Shown: positions 40,639 through 50,880, counted from the first letter of the stretch. The stretch is 64,000 nucleotides of DNA from Candidatus Eiseniibacteriota bacterium (GCA_963823555.1 CAWGMA010000003.1:96001-160000), one strand, 5' to 3'. The notes: generated from the sequence alone by a model not told the origin. Made by a program: numbers and translations.

Positions 40639-42173
40639 CCGTGAAGAGCGGGGCTGAGGCCCCCGGAATCCGCCGCGAACCGATCGAGAAGCGCGCCGTG
40701 GCCACCAACCTGAAGCGGATCTCGATCGATCCGATCACCCGCCTCGAGGGGCATGGGCGCATCGATATCTTCCTCGATGAGGAGGGGCGGGTCGCCAACA
40801 CCTACCTGCGCGTGCCGGAGCTCCGTGGCTTCGAGCAGTTCTGCGTCGGGCGGCCAGTGGAGGAGATGCCGCGGATCACGACCCGCATCTGCGGCGTCTG
40901 TCCCGAAGCGCACCACATGGCGAGCGCCAAGGCCTGCGACGCGGTCTATCACGTCGATCCCCCGCCGGCGGCGAAGAAGCTCCGCCGGCTCCTCTACAAC
41001 ACCTTCTACGTCGCCGACCATGCGGTCCACTTCTATGTCCTGTCGGGCCCCGACTTCGTCGTCGGTCCGCAGGCGCCGGTGGCCGAGCGCAACGTCTTCG
41101 GTCTCATCCACAAGGTGGGTCTCGATGCCGGCAAGAAGGTGATCGAGAGCCGGGCCAAAGCGCAGGAGATCATCAAGCTCCTCGGGGGCAAGTCGATCCA
41201 CCAGGTGACCTCGCTTCCCGGCGGCGTCAGCCGCGGGCTCTCGGAAGAGGAGCGCAAGCGCTGCGAGGAGATCTGCGCCGACCTGGTCGAGTTCGGGAAG
41301 TTCACGCTCAAGATCCTCGATGACATCGTGCTTTCGAATCAGGAGTACCTGGATCTCATCTTGAACGATGCCTTCAAGCACGAGACTCACTACATGGGGC
41401 TCGTCGACCAGAACAACCACCCCGACTACTACGACGGGACGGTGCGAGTGGTGGATACGCGCGGGCAGGAGATCGCCCGGTTCGCTGCCGCCGACTATCT
41501 ATCGCACATCGCCGAGCACGTGGAGCCCTGGTCCTACCTCAAGTTCCCCTATCTGAAGGCGCGGGGCTGGAAGGGGTTCACGGACGGCATGGAGAGCGGG
41601 GTCTACCGCGCCGCGCCGCTCGCGCGCCTGAACGTGGCCGAGGGCATGTCGACCCCGATTGCCCACGAGCAGTGGGAGCGGATGATGCAGACCCTGGGCG
41701 GGCGGCCGGTGCACAACACCCTCGCCTACCACTGGGCGCGCGTGATCGAGCTCGTGAACGCCGCCGAGACCGCACTCGCCCTGGCGCGGGATCCGGAGAT
41801 CACCGATCCCAACATCCGTACCGTGCCCACGGCGACGCCGACCGAGGGCGTGGGGGTGGTCGAGGCCCCGCGCGGCATTCTCTACCATCATTACGTCACG
41901 GACGAGAAGGGGATCCTCGAGCAGGTGAACCTGATCGTCGGCACCACCAACAACTATGCGGCGCTCAACCTCTCGGTGAAGAAGGCGAGCAAGGCGTTGA
42001 TCGAGAGCACCGGGAAGCTCTCCGAGGGCATTCTCAACATGATCGAGATGGCCTTCCGCGCCTACGATCCGTGCATCGGGTGCGCCACCCACTCGCTCCC
42101 CGGGCAGATGCCGCTCGAGATACGGCTCCTGGATCACACCGGGGCGGAGGTCGATCGCCTGGTGCGTAAGTGA
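40635..42173 (+). CDS. mvhA: [NiFe] hydrogenase large subunit (group 3c)
   Basis: TRLEGHG, L1 RICGVC, L2 YDPCIGCATH followed by a cleavable extension. Confidence 0.93.
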   Translation: MTVKSGAEAPGIRREPIEKRAVATNLKRISIDPITRLEGHGRIDIFLDEEGRVANTYLRVPELRGFEQFCVGRPVEEMPRITTRICGVCPEAHHMASAKACDAVYHVDPPPAAKKLRRLLYNTFYVADHAVHFYVLSGPDFVVGPQAPVAERNVFGLIHKVGLDAGKKVIESRAKAQEIIKLLGGKSIHQVTSLPGGVSRGLSEEERKRCEEICADLVEFGKFTLKILDDIVLSNQEYLDLILNDAFKHETHYMGLVDQNNHPDYYDGTVRVVDTRGQEIARFAAADYLSHIAEHVEPWSYLKFPYLKARGWKGFTDGMESGVYRAAPLARLNVAEGMSTPIAHEQWERMMQTLGGRPVHNTLAYHWARVIELVNAAETALALARDPEITDPNIRTVPTATPTEGVGVVEAPRGILYHHYVTDEKGILEQVNLIVGTTNNYAALNLSVKKASKALIESTGKLSEGILNMIEMAFRAYDPCIGCATHSLPGQMPLEIRLLDHTGAEVDRLVRK

Positions 42174-42201
42174 CGTCGGTAGCAGAGAAGAGCAGGCCAG
42201 G

Positions 42202-42669
42202 ATGAAGCGGAACGGCGAGCGCACGCTCGTGCTCGGGCTCGGGAACGAGATCCTCGGCGACGACGGCGTCGGGCTCAGGGCGGCGCGCGCGGTGGCGGAC
42301 GTCGCGGGGGACCGTGCGGATCTCGTCGAGGCCTGCGTCGCCACCATCGATCTCCTGCCGATCGTGGCCGGCTACGACCGGGTGATCGTCGTCGATGCCT
42401 ACGTTTCGGACGAGGACCTGCCCGGCACCATGGTGCGCACGACACCGGAAGAGCTGCCGCGGGGCTTCGGCTACCGCTCTCTCCACACGCTGCCTTTCCG
42501 CGAGATGCTCGAGTTCGGTCGCGAGATCGGGCTCGCGATGCCGCGCGAGATGGTGATTCACGGGCTCTGTGTCGCCGATCCGGCGACGTTCGGCGAGACC
42601 TTCAGCGAGCCCGTGGCAGGCTCGTGGCGGGCGTGGGCGGAAGCCATCGCGCGAGCGGAGTTCGCCTAG
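42202..42669 (+). CDS. Hydrogenase maturation protease
   Basis: LGLGNEILGDDGVG, VIVVDA; directly after mvhA. Confidence 0.9.
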   Translation: MKRNGERTLVLGLGNEILGDDGVGLRAARAVADVAGDRADLVEACVATIDLLPIVAGYDRVIVVDAYVSDEDLPGTMVRTTPEELPRGFGYRSLHTLPFREMLEFGREIGLAMPREMVIHGLCVADPATFGETFSEPVAGSWRAWAEAIARAEFA

Positions 42670-42690
42670 GCGAGCGGCCGGATCCCTGAG

Positions 42691-43302
42691 CTACTGCTTG
42701 ACCCAGTACGGTCGAAAATCCTCGGTCACATCATGGATCAGATGGTGGACGAGGCTGCCATAGGCTGCCTCCGGATCACTCGCCTCGAAGTGGACCCCCT
42801 GGGAGTTGATGCCGGCATTCGCCACGGTCTTCTTGGCGCGTGCCGAGCGGGTCCACATGGTCGCCCCGCCGCCGGCCTCGAGCAGCCGTGTGGTGAGCGC
42901 GGCCTCGACGTCCGCCTGAACGCTCGCCGACGTGAGCTGTGACCATCCGACCTTGGGTTTCACATCGGTGACTTCCAGGTTGCCGACGATGACCGCATCG
43001 ACGTTGTAGATCTTCCCGATCTCCTGGACAGCGGCCGCGTCGATATTCTCGCGCCCGATGGCCCGCCGCACCGCGTCCTCGTTCCCCAGCTCGAGCACCG
43101 GCACTCCGGGCTGCGCCGACTGCAGCTTCTGGATGAACTCCTGGCTCGCCAGCGCATTCAGATCGCCTTCGGCGTTGGACGTGAACTCGACGAGTCCGAT
43201 CCTGTGGAACGCCTGCAAGTCCATCCGGGGGGACATGAGAACGCTCGACCCACCGCACCCGGTAGACAGGGTGAGGATCGCCACGAAGACGGCCGGTTTC
43301 AT
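42691..43302 (-). CDS. Lipoprotein (CsgG/LpoB-like alpha/beta fold suspected)
   Basis: Lipobox LSTGC; AVQEIGKIYNVDAVIVGNL pattern. Confidence 0.7.
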   Translation of the reverse strand: MKPAVFVAILTLSTGCGGSSVLMSPRMDLQAFHRIGLVEFTSNAEGDLNALASQEFIQKLQSAQPGVPVLELGNEDAVRRAIGRENIDAAAVQEIGKIYNVDAVIVGNLEVTDVKPKVGWSQLTSASVQADVEAALTTRLLEAGGGATMWTRSARAKKTVANAGINSQGVHFEASDPEAAYGSLVHHLIHDVTEDFRPYWVKQ

Positions 43303-43381
43303 TGCGGAATGCATCGCCCACCTCCAAATCGCATCACGATCTCCTCTTTCTCGCTCGCCTTCTGGCACCGTGCGGAGCGTT

Positions 43382-43396
43382 GCACCCGCCGTGCCA
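43382..43396 (-). promoter_or_regulatory. Sigma54 -24/-12 promoter of the lipoprotein gene
   Basis: Minus strand TGGCACGGCGGGTGC(A). Confidence 0.6.
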
Positions 43397-43440
43397 GCCC
43401 GAAGCTGCTACTATCTTCGAGCACAGAGCCAGGAGGTCCC

Positions 43441-44220
43441 TTGCCCGCCCAACCCCCCGATCATGTCATCGCCAATCGCCAGCACTGGGACGAGCACGCC
43501 CCGGAGTGGGTGGCCGCGGGCGAGCGGAACTGGGTGGCCGGGCCGAGCTGGGGCATCTGGGGCATCCCCGAAGCGGAGCTCCGTCTGCTGCCGGAGGACA
43601 TGACGGGGCTCGATGCCATCGAGCTCGGTTGCGGCACCGCCTATGTGTCGGCCTGGATGGCGCGCCGCGGCGCGCGCGTGGTGGGGATCGACAACTCGAT
43701 CGCGCAGCTCCGGACCGCCCGGCGTCTGTCCGCCGAGCACGGCGTCGAGCTGACCCTCATCCATGGCAATGCCGAGGCCGTACCCTATCCCGACCGGAGC
43801 TTCGACTTTGCGATCAGCGAGTACGGGGCGGCCATCTGGTGCGATCCGCACCTCTGGATCCCGGAGGCCCACCGGCTCCTTCGTCCCGGCGGTGAGCTCG
43901 TGTTCCTCGGGACGTCGGCGCTCGCGTGCCTGTGCTCGCCCGAGAACGGCGCTCTTCCGTACACCGAGCGCCTGGAGCGGGACTATTTCTCGATGCACCG
44001 CTTCGACTGGTCCAATGCGGTCGACGAGCCCGGGGGAATCGAGTTCAATCTCCCGATCTCCGGCTGGTTCCGGCTGTTCCGGGAGACCGGGTTCGAGGTC
44101 ATCGACTTCCTCGAGCTCAGGGCGCCGCGGCCGGGCCCGGAGATGAAGTTCGGCTTCACCGCCGACTGGGCCCACCGCTATCCGGCGGAACAGGCCTGGA
44201 AGCTGCGCCGGCGCTCGTGA
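43441..44220 (+). CDS. Class I SAM-dependent methyltransferase
   Basis: AIELGCGTAYVS, FDFAISEYGAAIWCDP; TTG start after AGGAGG. Confidence 0.88.
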   Translation: MPAQPPDHVIANRQHWDEHAPEWVAAGERNWVAGPSWGIWGIPEAELRLLPEDMTGLDAIELGCGTAYVSAWMARRGARVVGIDNSIAQLRTARRLSAEHGVELTLIHGNAEAVPYPDRSFDFAISEYGAAIWCDPHLWIPEAHRLLRPGGELVFLGTSALACLCSPENGALPYTERLERDYFSMHRFDWSNAVDEPGGIEFNLPISGWFRLFRETGFEVIDFLELRAPRPGPEMKFGFTADWAHRYPAEQAWKLRRRS

Positions 44221-44291
44221 CGAGCGGGGAAGGCTCCGGCCCCCCAAGTAGACGTGAACGAACCCCAGCCCCCGGAGGATGACGTTCCGGG

Positions 44292-44678
44292 GTGGTCACC
44301 TTCGATTGGTTCATGGATCGAGACCACATCATCTACACACCCGCAGATCATCCCACGGAGCTGCGCGCGGCGGATCTCAGGAGCGGAAAGGAGATCACCC
44401 TCGTCGACGAGCCCAACATGGAGCCGGCCGTGGCGCCGGATGGGAGCGCGCTCAGCTACTGCGCGGCGCGGAGCCACTTCAACATGAACCTCCAGCTCCT
44501 GCGCCTCAAGATGGGTGATGACGGGTTGCCCCGCGCGGCAGGTCCCGCCCAGGCGCTCGCCGTCGGGGAGGGGTTGTGGCACGTGCACAACGGCGGCTTC
44601 AGCCCCGACGGCCGGAGCGTCATCTACACCCGGGACACCGATACCGGGGATGTGTACGTGCTCGAAGGAGCGTTCTGA
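44292..44678 (+). pseudogene. C-terminal fragment of a TolB-like/PD40 beta-propeller protein
   Basis: EPAVAPDGS and NGGFSPDGRSVIYTRD repeats; in-frame stop at 44280-44282 just upstream; too short for a full propeller. Confidence 0.55.
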
Positions 44679-44777
44679 AGTCGCGGGCTAACGCGGCACC
44701 TCTGATCGGAATCCGCCGTATGCTGTCCGCTCTCCATCATCCACCCGCCGCCGTCGCGCCAGCGACCCGCCACTCAT

Positions 44778-46670
44778 TCAGTCCGGTCCCGGATGGATCT
44801 TCAGCGCCTTGATGCGGGAGCTCAAGGTCGTGGGTCGGATCCCGAGCAGGCGCGCCGCGCCGTCGGGCCCGGCGATCTTGCCGTTCGTGGCCGCGAGGGC
44901 TCGCTCGATGTTCGCGCGCTCGATCGCGCGCAGCTCCCCCTCCGTCAGCACGCGATCGGGGGGCGATGCATCAGGACCCCTCTCGGTCGCCGCTCCCGAC
45001 AGCATGCGTTCCAGATCGACGCGCCCCTGCCGTGCGGTGATCACGGCGCGCTCGATCACATTGCGTAACTCACGGACGTTGCCGGGCCAGCTGTATCCGC
45101 GAAGCCTGAGCTTCGCTGCTTCGTCCAGGGGCGAGACCTTGCGGCCCATCTCGCGCGCGAACTTCGTGACGAACATGTCCGCGAGGAGCAGGACGTCCTC
45201 GCCGCGCTCACGCAGCGGAGGCACCCGGATCGGGAACACGTTGAGCCGGTAGTAGAGATCCTCCCGAAACGAGCCGTCCTTGATGGCCCCGGCGAGCTCT
45301 CGATTGGTGGCGGCGATCACGCGCACATCGACCTGGCGCGTGCGCGAGCTGCCGACCGGTTCGAATTCGCCCTCCTGCAGCACGCGCAACAGCTTGCCCT
45401 GGAGATCGATCGGCAGCTCCCCGACCTCGTCGAGGAAGATCGTGCCGCGATCCGCCAGGGCGAATCGTCCGTCGCGCCGCTGCGTGGCTCCGGTGAAGGC
45501 GCCGCGCTCGTGCCCGAAGAGCTCGCTCTCCACGAGGTTGGCCGGGATCGCCGCGCAGTTGACCTTGATCATGGGCTGGCCGCGGCGCTTGCTGGCGCCG
45601 TGGATCGCAGCGGCGATGAGCTCCTTCCCGGTTCCGGTCTCGCCCTGGATCAGGACCGTGGCATCGGTGTCCGCCACCTGATCGACATCGCGGAGCACGG
45701 TGAGCAGAGCCTTGCTGTTGCCGAGGATCTGTCCGTACTGGCCGAGATCGCGCAGCTCCTGGCGCAGGGTCTCTGCTTCCAGCTCCAGCGAATGGATGCG
45801 TCGCTCGGCCGCCAGGCGGTCGTCGATGTTGCGCAGGATGAGGGTGTAGAAGCGGTGGTTGCGGACCATGAACTGGGATAGCGATGCCTCGGCAGGGAAC
45901 TCGCTGCCGTCGGCGCGAGCGGCACTCAACCCGCCCGCCACCCACGTGGTACGGCGACCTGGAGGCAGGCCGTCCAGCTCGCGCGTGAGTGCCGCCAGGC
46001 GATCCGGCGCATCGGCGCGCAGGAAGTCGGTGAGGGATCGGCCCATCCATGCCGTCGCCTGGCAAGCGAAGACCGCCTCGGCGGCCGGGTTCACGCGCGT
46101 GACGCGGAAGTCCGCATCGAACTCGATGATCGCGTCCATGGCGCTGTCGACCAGCCGGCTCAGCTTGAGCTCCCGCTCCCGGACCTCGCCTTCGGCGCGC
46201 AGGCGGCGCAGCTCGGCCGCGGCGCGGTTGGCGAAGATGCGGAACAGATCGGTATGGCGGGGATCCTCCGGCATCGGGCGGGAGTCGAGCACAGCCAGGT
46301 GGCCCAGGATGGCGCCGTCCGTATCGTGGAGCGGCACCCCCATGTAGCTCACGGCTTCGGCCGGGGGCAGATCGGGGTCTTCGGGAAACAGCTCGATGAC
46401 GCGGTCGGGGATGAGCACCAGGCGATCGTTGTCGATCACCGGCTCGCACGGAGTGCCGGCCAGAGCGTATTCGTAGTCCTCGACCCAGCGGTCCTCGAGC
46501 CAGAAGGCATAGGCTCGCATCCGCCGCCGTTCGGCGACGAACTCGGTGACCCACGCCCCGCGCACGTCGAGGGCTCGGGCCAGGTGGCGAACCAGCTCGC
46601 GGAAGAAGGGCTCCCCGGTAGCGGTCGCGGTGCCCTCGACGATGGCGCGTAGCGCCTCTTGCTCGTTCAT
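44778..46670 (-). CDS. Sigma54 enhancer-binding protein GAF-PAS-AAA+-HTH (FhlA-like)
   Basis: GAF (LAGTPCE...SYMGVPL), PAS (MDAIIE...NPAAE), GETGTGKE, GAFTGA, GAARLLGIRPTTL. Confidence 0.93.
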   Translation of the reverse strand: MNEQEALRAIVEGTATATGEPFFRELVRHLARALDVRGAWVTEFVAERRRMRAYAFWLEDRWVEDYEYALAGTPCEPVIDNDRLVLIPDRVIELFPEDPDLPPAEAVSYMGVPLHDTDGAILGHLAVLDSRPMPEDPRHTDLFRIFANRAAAELRRLRAEGEVRERELKLSRLVDSAMDAIIEFDADFRVTRVNPAAEAVFACQATAWMGRSLTDFLRADAPDRLAALTRELDGLPPGRRTTWVAGGLSAARADGSEFPAEASLSQFMVRNHRFYTLILRNIDDRLAAERRIHSLELEAETLRQELRDLGQYGQILGNSKALLTVLRDVDQVADTDATVLIQGETGTGKELIAAAIHGASKRRGQPMIKVNCAAIPANLVESELFGHERGAFTGATQRRDGRFALADRGTIFLDEVGELPIDLQGKLLRVLQEGEFEPVGSSRTRQVDVRVIAATNRELAGAIKDGSFREDLYYRLNVFPIRVPPLRERGEDVLLLADMFVTKFAREMGRKVSPLDEAAKLRLRGYSWPGNVRELRNVIERAVITARQGRVDLERMLSGAATERGPDASPPDRVLTEGELRAIERANIERALAATNGKIAGPDGAARLLGIRPTTLSSRIKALKIHPGPD

Positions 46671-47110
46671 GCTCGAGTCGGAAGCGGCATCGTATAGCAG
46701 ACCGCGGTGCCCTCGAGAACGACACGGCCGTCCGCGAGCAGGACCCGCGTCTCGAGCTCGGTGATCGGCTTGTCGGCGCGGACCTTCGTCACCTCGACCT
46801 CGCCCGTGATCGTATCGCCGGGACGGACCGGCGCCTTGAAGCTCCAGTTGACCTGGAGAAAGACCGTGCCGGGCCCCGGCAGGTTCTCGGCGACCACTGC
46901 ATTCAGGATGGCGCTCGTGACGCCGCCCTGGACGACGATGCCGCCGAAGCGGGTGGCGCGCGCGGCAGCTTCGTCATAGTGCAGGGGATTGCGGTCGCCG
47001 CTCATGGCGGTGAAGAGCTCGATATCTCGCCGCGAAACCTGGCGTGACTGCCGCGCTTTCTGGCCCACCTCGGGCATCCCGCTGGGCCATACGTCATTCG
47101 TTGCTGTCAC
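46667..47110 (-). CDS. MaoC-like (hotdog) dehydratase
   Basis: SGDRNPLHYD, LPGPGTVF, FKAPVRPGDTI. Confidence 0.9.
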   Translation of the reverse strand: MTATNDVWPSGMPEVGQKARQSRQVSRRDIELFTAMSGDRNPLHYDEAAARATRFGGIVVQGGVTSAILNAVVAENLPGPGTVFLQVNWSFKAPVRPGDTITGEVEVTKVRADKPITELETRVLLADGRVVLEGTAVCYTMPLPTRA

Positions 47111-47280
47111 TGATCACTCCCGTCTGAACATTTCCAGAAGTGGCCTCTATCGTCGGCTCGCTGGCAGCACCTGCCTGCAGGAGCCAGTCTATCATCGGCC
47201 TTGCCCCGTGGCAGGGTCACGGACGCGAGGTCTTTGCTTTCCCGGCGACGTCCGGTCGCGAAAGCGGTCTAATAGAGGTG

Positions 47281-49629
47281 ATGCCCATCCGTCGGTCCAA
47301 ATTGTCCGTCCTGGTCCTGGTCCTGATCCTCGGACTCCTCGACCCACGCGGGGGCCTCCTGGCCGCCGGGCCAGGAGCGATCCACGGCCGTGTCCTGGAC
47401 GGGGAGACCAAGCAGCCACTGGCCGGGGCCAGCATCGCGGTCGTCGGCACCGACCGCGGAGCGGTGGCCGATCGCGCCGGGGAGTTCACGATCGAGGACC
47501 TGCCTCCAGGCAACTACAACCTCAATATCACCTTCGTCAGCTACGAACCGGTCGTGGTCACCGATGTCGTGGTCAAGCCAGGGGTGCCCACCACGGTCGA
47601 GCGCGAGCTCATGCCGGAGCCGGTCCGGGGCGAGACCATCGAGGTTCGCCCCAGCTTCTTCGCCAGCAGCGCGAACCCGACCAGTTCGGTGAGCCTCTCC
47701 CGCGAGGAGATCCGGCGCTTCCCGGGCGGCTTCGAGGACATCGTGCGCACGATCTCGACCCTGCCCGGCGTCGCCCTCGTCAACCAGGGCGGGCGGAACG
47801 ATCTCCTCGTCCGCGGCGGCGGCCCGAGCGAGAACCTCTACATCGTGAACGGGCTCGAGGTCCCCAACATCAACCACTTCGGGAACCAGGGTGCGGCGGG
47901 CGGCGCGCTCAGCTTCGTCAATCTCGACTTCATCGACGGTGTCGACTTCTCGACCGGCGGCTTCGGCTCCACGTACGGCGACAAGATGTCCTCGGTCCTC
48001 TCGATCGAGATGCGCGAGGCGCGCTCTGACCGGGTGGGCGGCAAGGCGACCATCTCCGCCACCCAGTTCGGCCTCAACCTCGAGGGGCCGCTGCCGGGGG
48101 AGAACGACGGGCACTTCCTCTTCTCTGCGCGAAAGAGCTACCTCGACCTCCTCTTCCGCGCCCTCGACCAGCCGTTCATCCCGGTCTATAGCGACTTCAA
48201 CCTGGCCGGCGACTACCGCATCAACGAACGCTACGAGCTCTCGTTCCTCGGTCTCGGCGCACTCGACAACGTCGATCGCGAGTCCTCGACGAGCGAGGAC
48301 AAGGTGGTGAACGCCGGCATCCTCGGCAACACCCAGGACCGCTGGATCGGCGGCCTCCGCCTCCGCCGGCTCTTCGATCAGGGGTTCCTCGACGTGATCG
48401 GCGGCTACAACCAGGTGGACTTCACGTTCGCACAGGCCGACACGAACCAGGTCGCATACTTCACGAGCGACGCGCTCGAGCGCGAGACCGCGCTCCGCGC
48501 CGAGGGGACGCGCCGTCTCCCCGCCGGCTTCGATCTGAGCGCGGGCGCCGGCGTGAAGCGCGCGGGTGTCGATTACATGACGGCCTTCGCCGACTCCGTG
48601 TACGACCGGAGCGGGCGCTACGTTGCGCGCGAGGATCTCGACTTGCCCGCGGAGATCGTGGGCGACGCGGGCGGCTTCAAGCTCGCCACCTGGGTCGAGG
48701 CCAAGCGTCGCGTCGCCCGCGTCGAATGGACCGCGGGATTCCGGCTCGACTACTTCGAGAACCTGGACGACACGCTCTATCCGGCCGGGCGTTTCTCGCT
48801 TCGCTATGGCCTCACGGACCGGCTCACGCTCAAGGGGAGCTTCGGGACCTACTACCAGATGCCGTCCTACGTGTGGCTCGGGAATCCCGAGAACCGCGAC
48901 CTGAAGGCGCTCCGCAACGACATGCCGATCGCCGGCGTCGACTACCGGGTGCGCCCCGACCTGAACCTCTCCGCCGAGGGGTTCTACAAGCGCTACTCGG
49001 ACCTCCCGGCCGGGGCGACGCCGGAGACCGACTACCTCGTCCTCACCAACACCGGCGTCGGCTTCGGCGGCCGGGACGACGACTTCCAGTCGTTCGGGTA
49101 CATCCCGCTCGACCCGATCGGCGAGGGCGAGGCCTACGGCGTCGACGTCCTCGCGCAGAAGAAGTTCGCGGCGGTGCCCTGCTACGGCACGGTGGGCCTG
49201 ACCCTCAGCCGCACCCGCTACACGGCGCCGAACGGCAAGACTTACCCCGGCCAGTTCGACCAGGCCGCGGTCTTCACCATCTCCGGCGGCTACGTCATCA
49301 GTCCGCGCTGGGAGGTGAGCAGCAAGTGGCGCTACGCCTCGGGGGCGCCGTACACGCCGGTCTACGATCCGGCGACGAACGGCGGCGTCATCTCGAATCT
49401 GCCGGAGGAGTACCTGAGCTCCCGCCTCGGCGCGACGCACTCGCTCGACGTGCGCGTGGATCGCCGCTTCTCGTTCACGAGCTGGTCGATCGTCGCCTTC
49501 CTCGACATCCAGAACATCTACGACTACGCGGCGCCGGTGCCGCCGAGCTGGGACTTCTGGGACGAGGAGGTCGTGGCCGAGCAAGGCATCGGCTTCTTGC
49601 CCACCCTCGGAGTGAGCGCCGAGTTCTAG
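47281..49629 (+). CDS. TonB-dependent receptor
   Basis: Signal peptide, carboxypeptidase-regulatory-like N domain, plug LLVRGGGPSEN, C-terminal GVSAEF. Confidence 0.92.
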   Translation: MPIRRSKLSVLVLVLILGLLDPRGGLLAAGPGAIHGRVLDGETKQPLAGASIAVVGTDRGAVADRAGEFTIEDLPPGNYNLNITFVSYEPVVVTDVVVKPGVPTTVERELMPEPVRGETIEVRPSFFASSANPTSSVSLSREEIRRFPGGFEDIVRTISTLPGVALVNQGGRNDLLVRGGGPSENLYIVNGLEVPNINHFGNQGAAGGALSFVNLDFIDGVDFSTGGFGSTYGDKMSSVLSIEMREARSDRVGGKATISATQFGLNLEGPLPGENDGHFLFSARKSYLDLLFRALDQPFIPVYSDFNLAGDYRINERYELSFLGLGALDNVDRESSTSEDKVVNAGILGNTQDRWIGGLRLRRLFDQGFLDVIGGYNQVDFTFAQADTNQVAYFTSDALERETALRAEGTRRLPAGFDLSAGAGVKRAGVDYMTAFADSVYDRSGRYVAREDLDLPAEIVGDAGGFKLATWVEAKRRVARVEWTAGFRLDYFENLDDTLYPAGRFSLRYGLTDRLTLKGSFGTYYQMPSYVWLGNPENRDLKALRNDMPIAGVDYRVRPDLNLSAEGFYKRYSDLPAGATPETDYLVLTNTGVGFGGRDDDFQSFGYIPLDPIGEGEAYGVDVLAQKKFAAVPCYGTVGLTLSRTRYTAPNGKTYPGQFDQAAVFTISGGYVISPRWEVSSKWRYASGAPYTPVYDPATNGGVISNLPEEYLSSRLGATHSLDVRVDRRFSFTSWSIVAFLDIQNIYDYAAPVPPSWDFWDEEVVAEQGIGFLPTLGVSAEF

Positions 49630-49866
49630 GACCGGGGGTGGGTCCGATTCCTCCCCCCAGGGGTTGTACGGCGCTCGAAACCCATGACAAATAGTCCTTT
49701 ACAGCGCCAGCCGGAGTGTGATATTTTTGTAAAAGTTCGGTTCGCTCCCGGGCATCCCCGTCCGGGGAGGGCGAGCTGTGTGACATCCGGGCTCCTGACA
49801 TCGGCACATGCCCCCTGTCGCGAGACCATCCTGGGAGGGCACATGCCTCCTGGAGGGATTCATCTG

Positions 49867-50880
49867 ATGAAGCGATTCCTAATGGTTCTGTGTACGGGAT
49901 TGCTTTTTGTAACGGCATCCGCAGTGGCTCTGGAGAGCACCTCCAACGTGTTCGAGCCTCCCATCAAGGATGTGCTGCCGCCGGGACCGCCCAGTGGTAC
50001 GCCTGATACCGGCGGTGAGACGATCGCGACTGCGACGGTCATCCCCTCGCTGCCCTACAGCGATGGGGACAACACCTGCGGTCACACGCAGGACTACGTC
50101 GCCAGCTGCGCGGCCAATGCGGCGCCCGATCTCTTCTACGTGTACAATCCGGCCACGACTTCGAACGTCATCATCTCCCTCTGTGGTTCGGGCTACGACA
50201 CCGCTCTCTACGTTCTCGAGAACGGCGTCGAGATCGCCTGCAACGACGACTTCTGCGGACTCCAGTCCGAGCTGGCCGTCACCTTCACCGCCGGCCGGAC
50301 CTACCACATCGGCGTCAGCGGCTTCTCCACGAGCTGCGGGTCCTACGTCATGAACATCACGGAGCTCGTCCCCTGCATCCCGTCCTGCCCGCCAGGCGTC
50401 CAGGTCGAGGGCGAGCCGGTCTGCGGCACGGACTACGTCGACAACTACAACGGTGGCTGCAACTCGACGCCGAACATCTTCCAGCCGGTTGAGTGCGGGA
50501 CGATCTGCGGCGAGACGGGCACCTACCTCTTCCAGGGCGGAAGCTACCGTGACACCGACTGGTACTCGATCACCGTCGGCGCCGGCACCTTCAACTACAG
50601 CGGTATCGGTGACGGCTACACGCTCCGCCTGTTCGTGGGCACGATCGGCGACTGCGTCAACTACCTGAGCACGACCACCGCGCCGTCCTGCGTCCAGTCC
50701 TCGAACCTGACCTTCAATGGCCCCGGGAGCTTCTGGCTCTGGGCCGGTCCGGATGTCTTCTCGGGCGTTCCCTGCGGCTCGAAGTACATCCTGACCCTCA
50801 CCGGCCCCGGCATTCCGGACTGCGGTGCGACTGCGGTCGAGCCGTCGACCTGGGGCAACGTGAAGGCCTTCTACCGCTAG
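49867..50880 (+). CDS. Secreted Cys-rich protein with C-terminal AVEPSTWGNVKAFYR tail
   Basis: Signal peptide MKRFLMVLCTGLLFVTASAVA; PPC-like SLCGSGYDTALYV...IACNDDFCG; GGAGG RBS. Confidence 0.85.
   Translation: MKRFLMVLCTGLLFVTASAVALESTSNVFEPPIKDVLPPGPPSGTPDTGGETIATATVIPSLPYSDGDNTCGHTQDYVASCAANAAPDLFYVYNPATTSNVIISLCGSGYDTALYVLENGVEIACNDDFCGLQSELAVTFTAGRTYHIGVSGFSTSCGSYVMNITELVPCIPSCPPGVQVEGEPVCGTDYVDNYNGGCNSTPNIFQPVECGTICGETGTYLFQGGSYRDTDWYSITVGAGTFNYSGIGDGYTLRLFVGTIGDCVNYLSTTTAPSCVQSSNLTFNGPGSFWLWAGPDVFSGVPCGSKYILTLTGPGIPDCGATAVEPSTWGNVKAFYR

Noticed and set aside
34160..42173. Selenocysteine recoding in hdr/mvh, or methanogenesis
   Set aside because: All ORFs are open with Cys at the relevant motifs (DPCIGC, CSSCIL, GCHPGDCHY); the context is bacterial and no mcr genes are seen.
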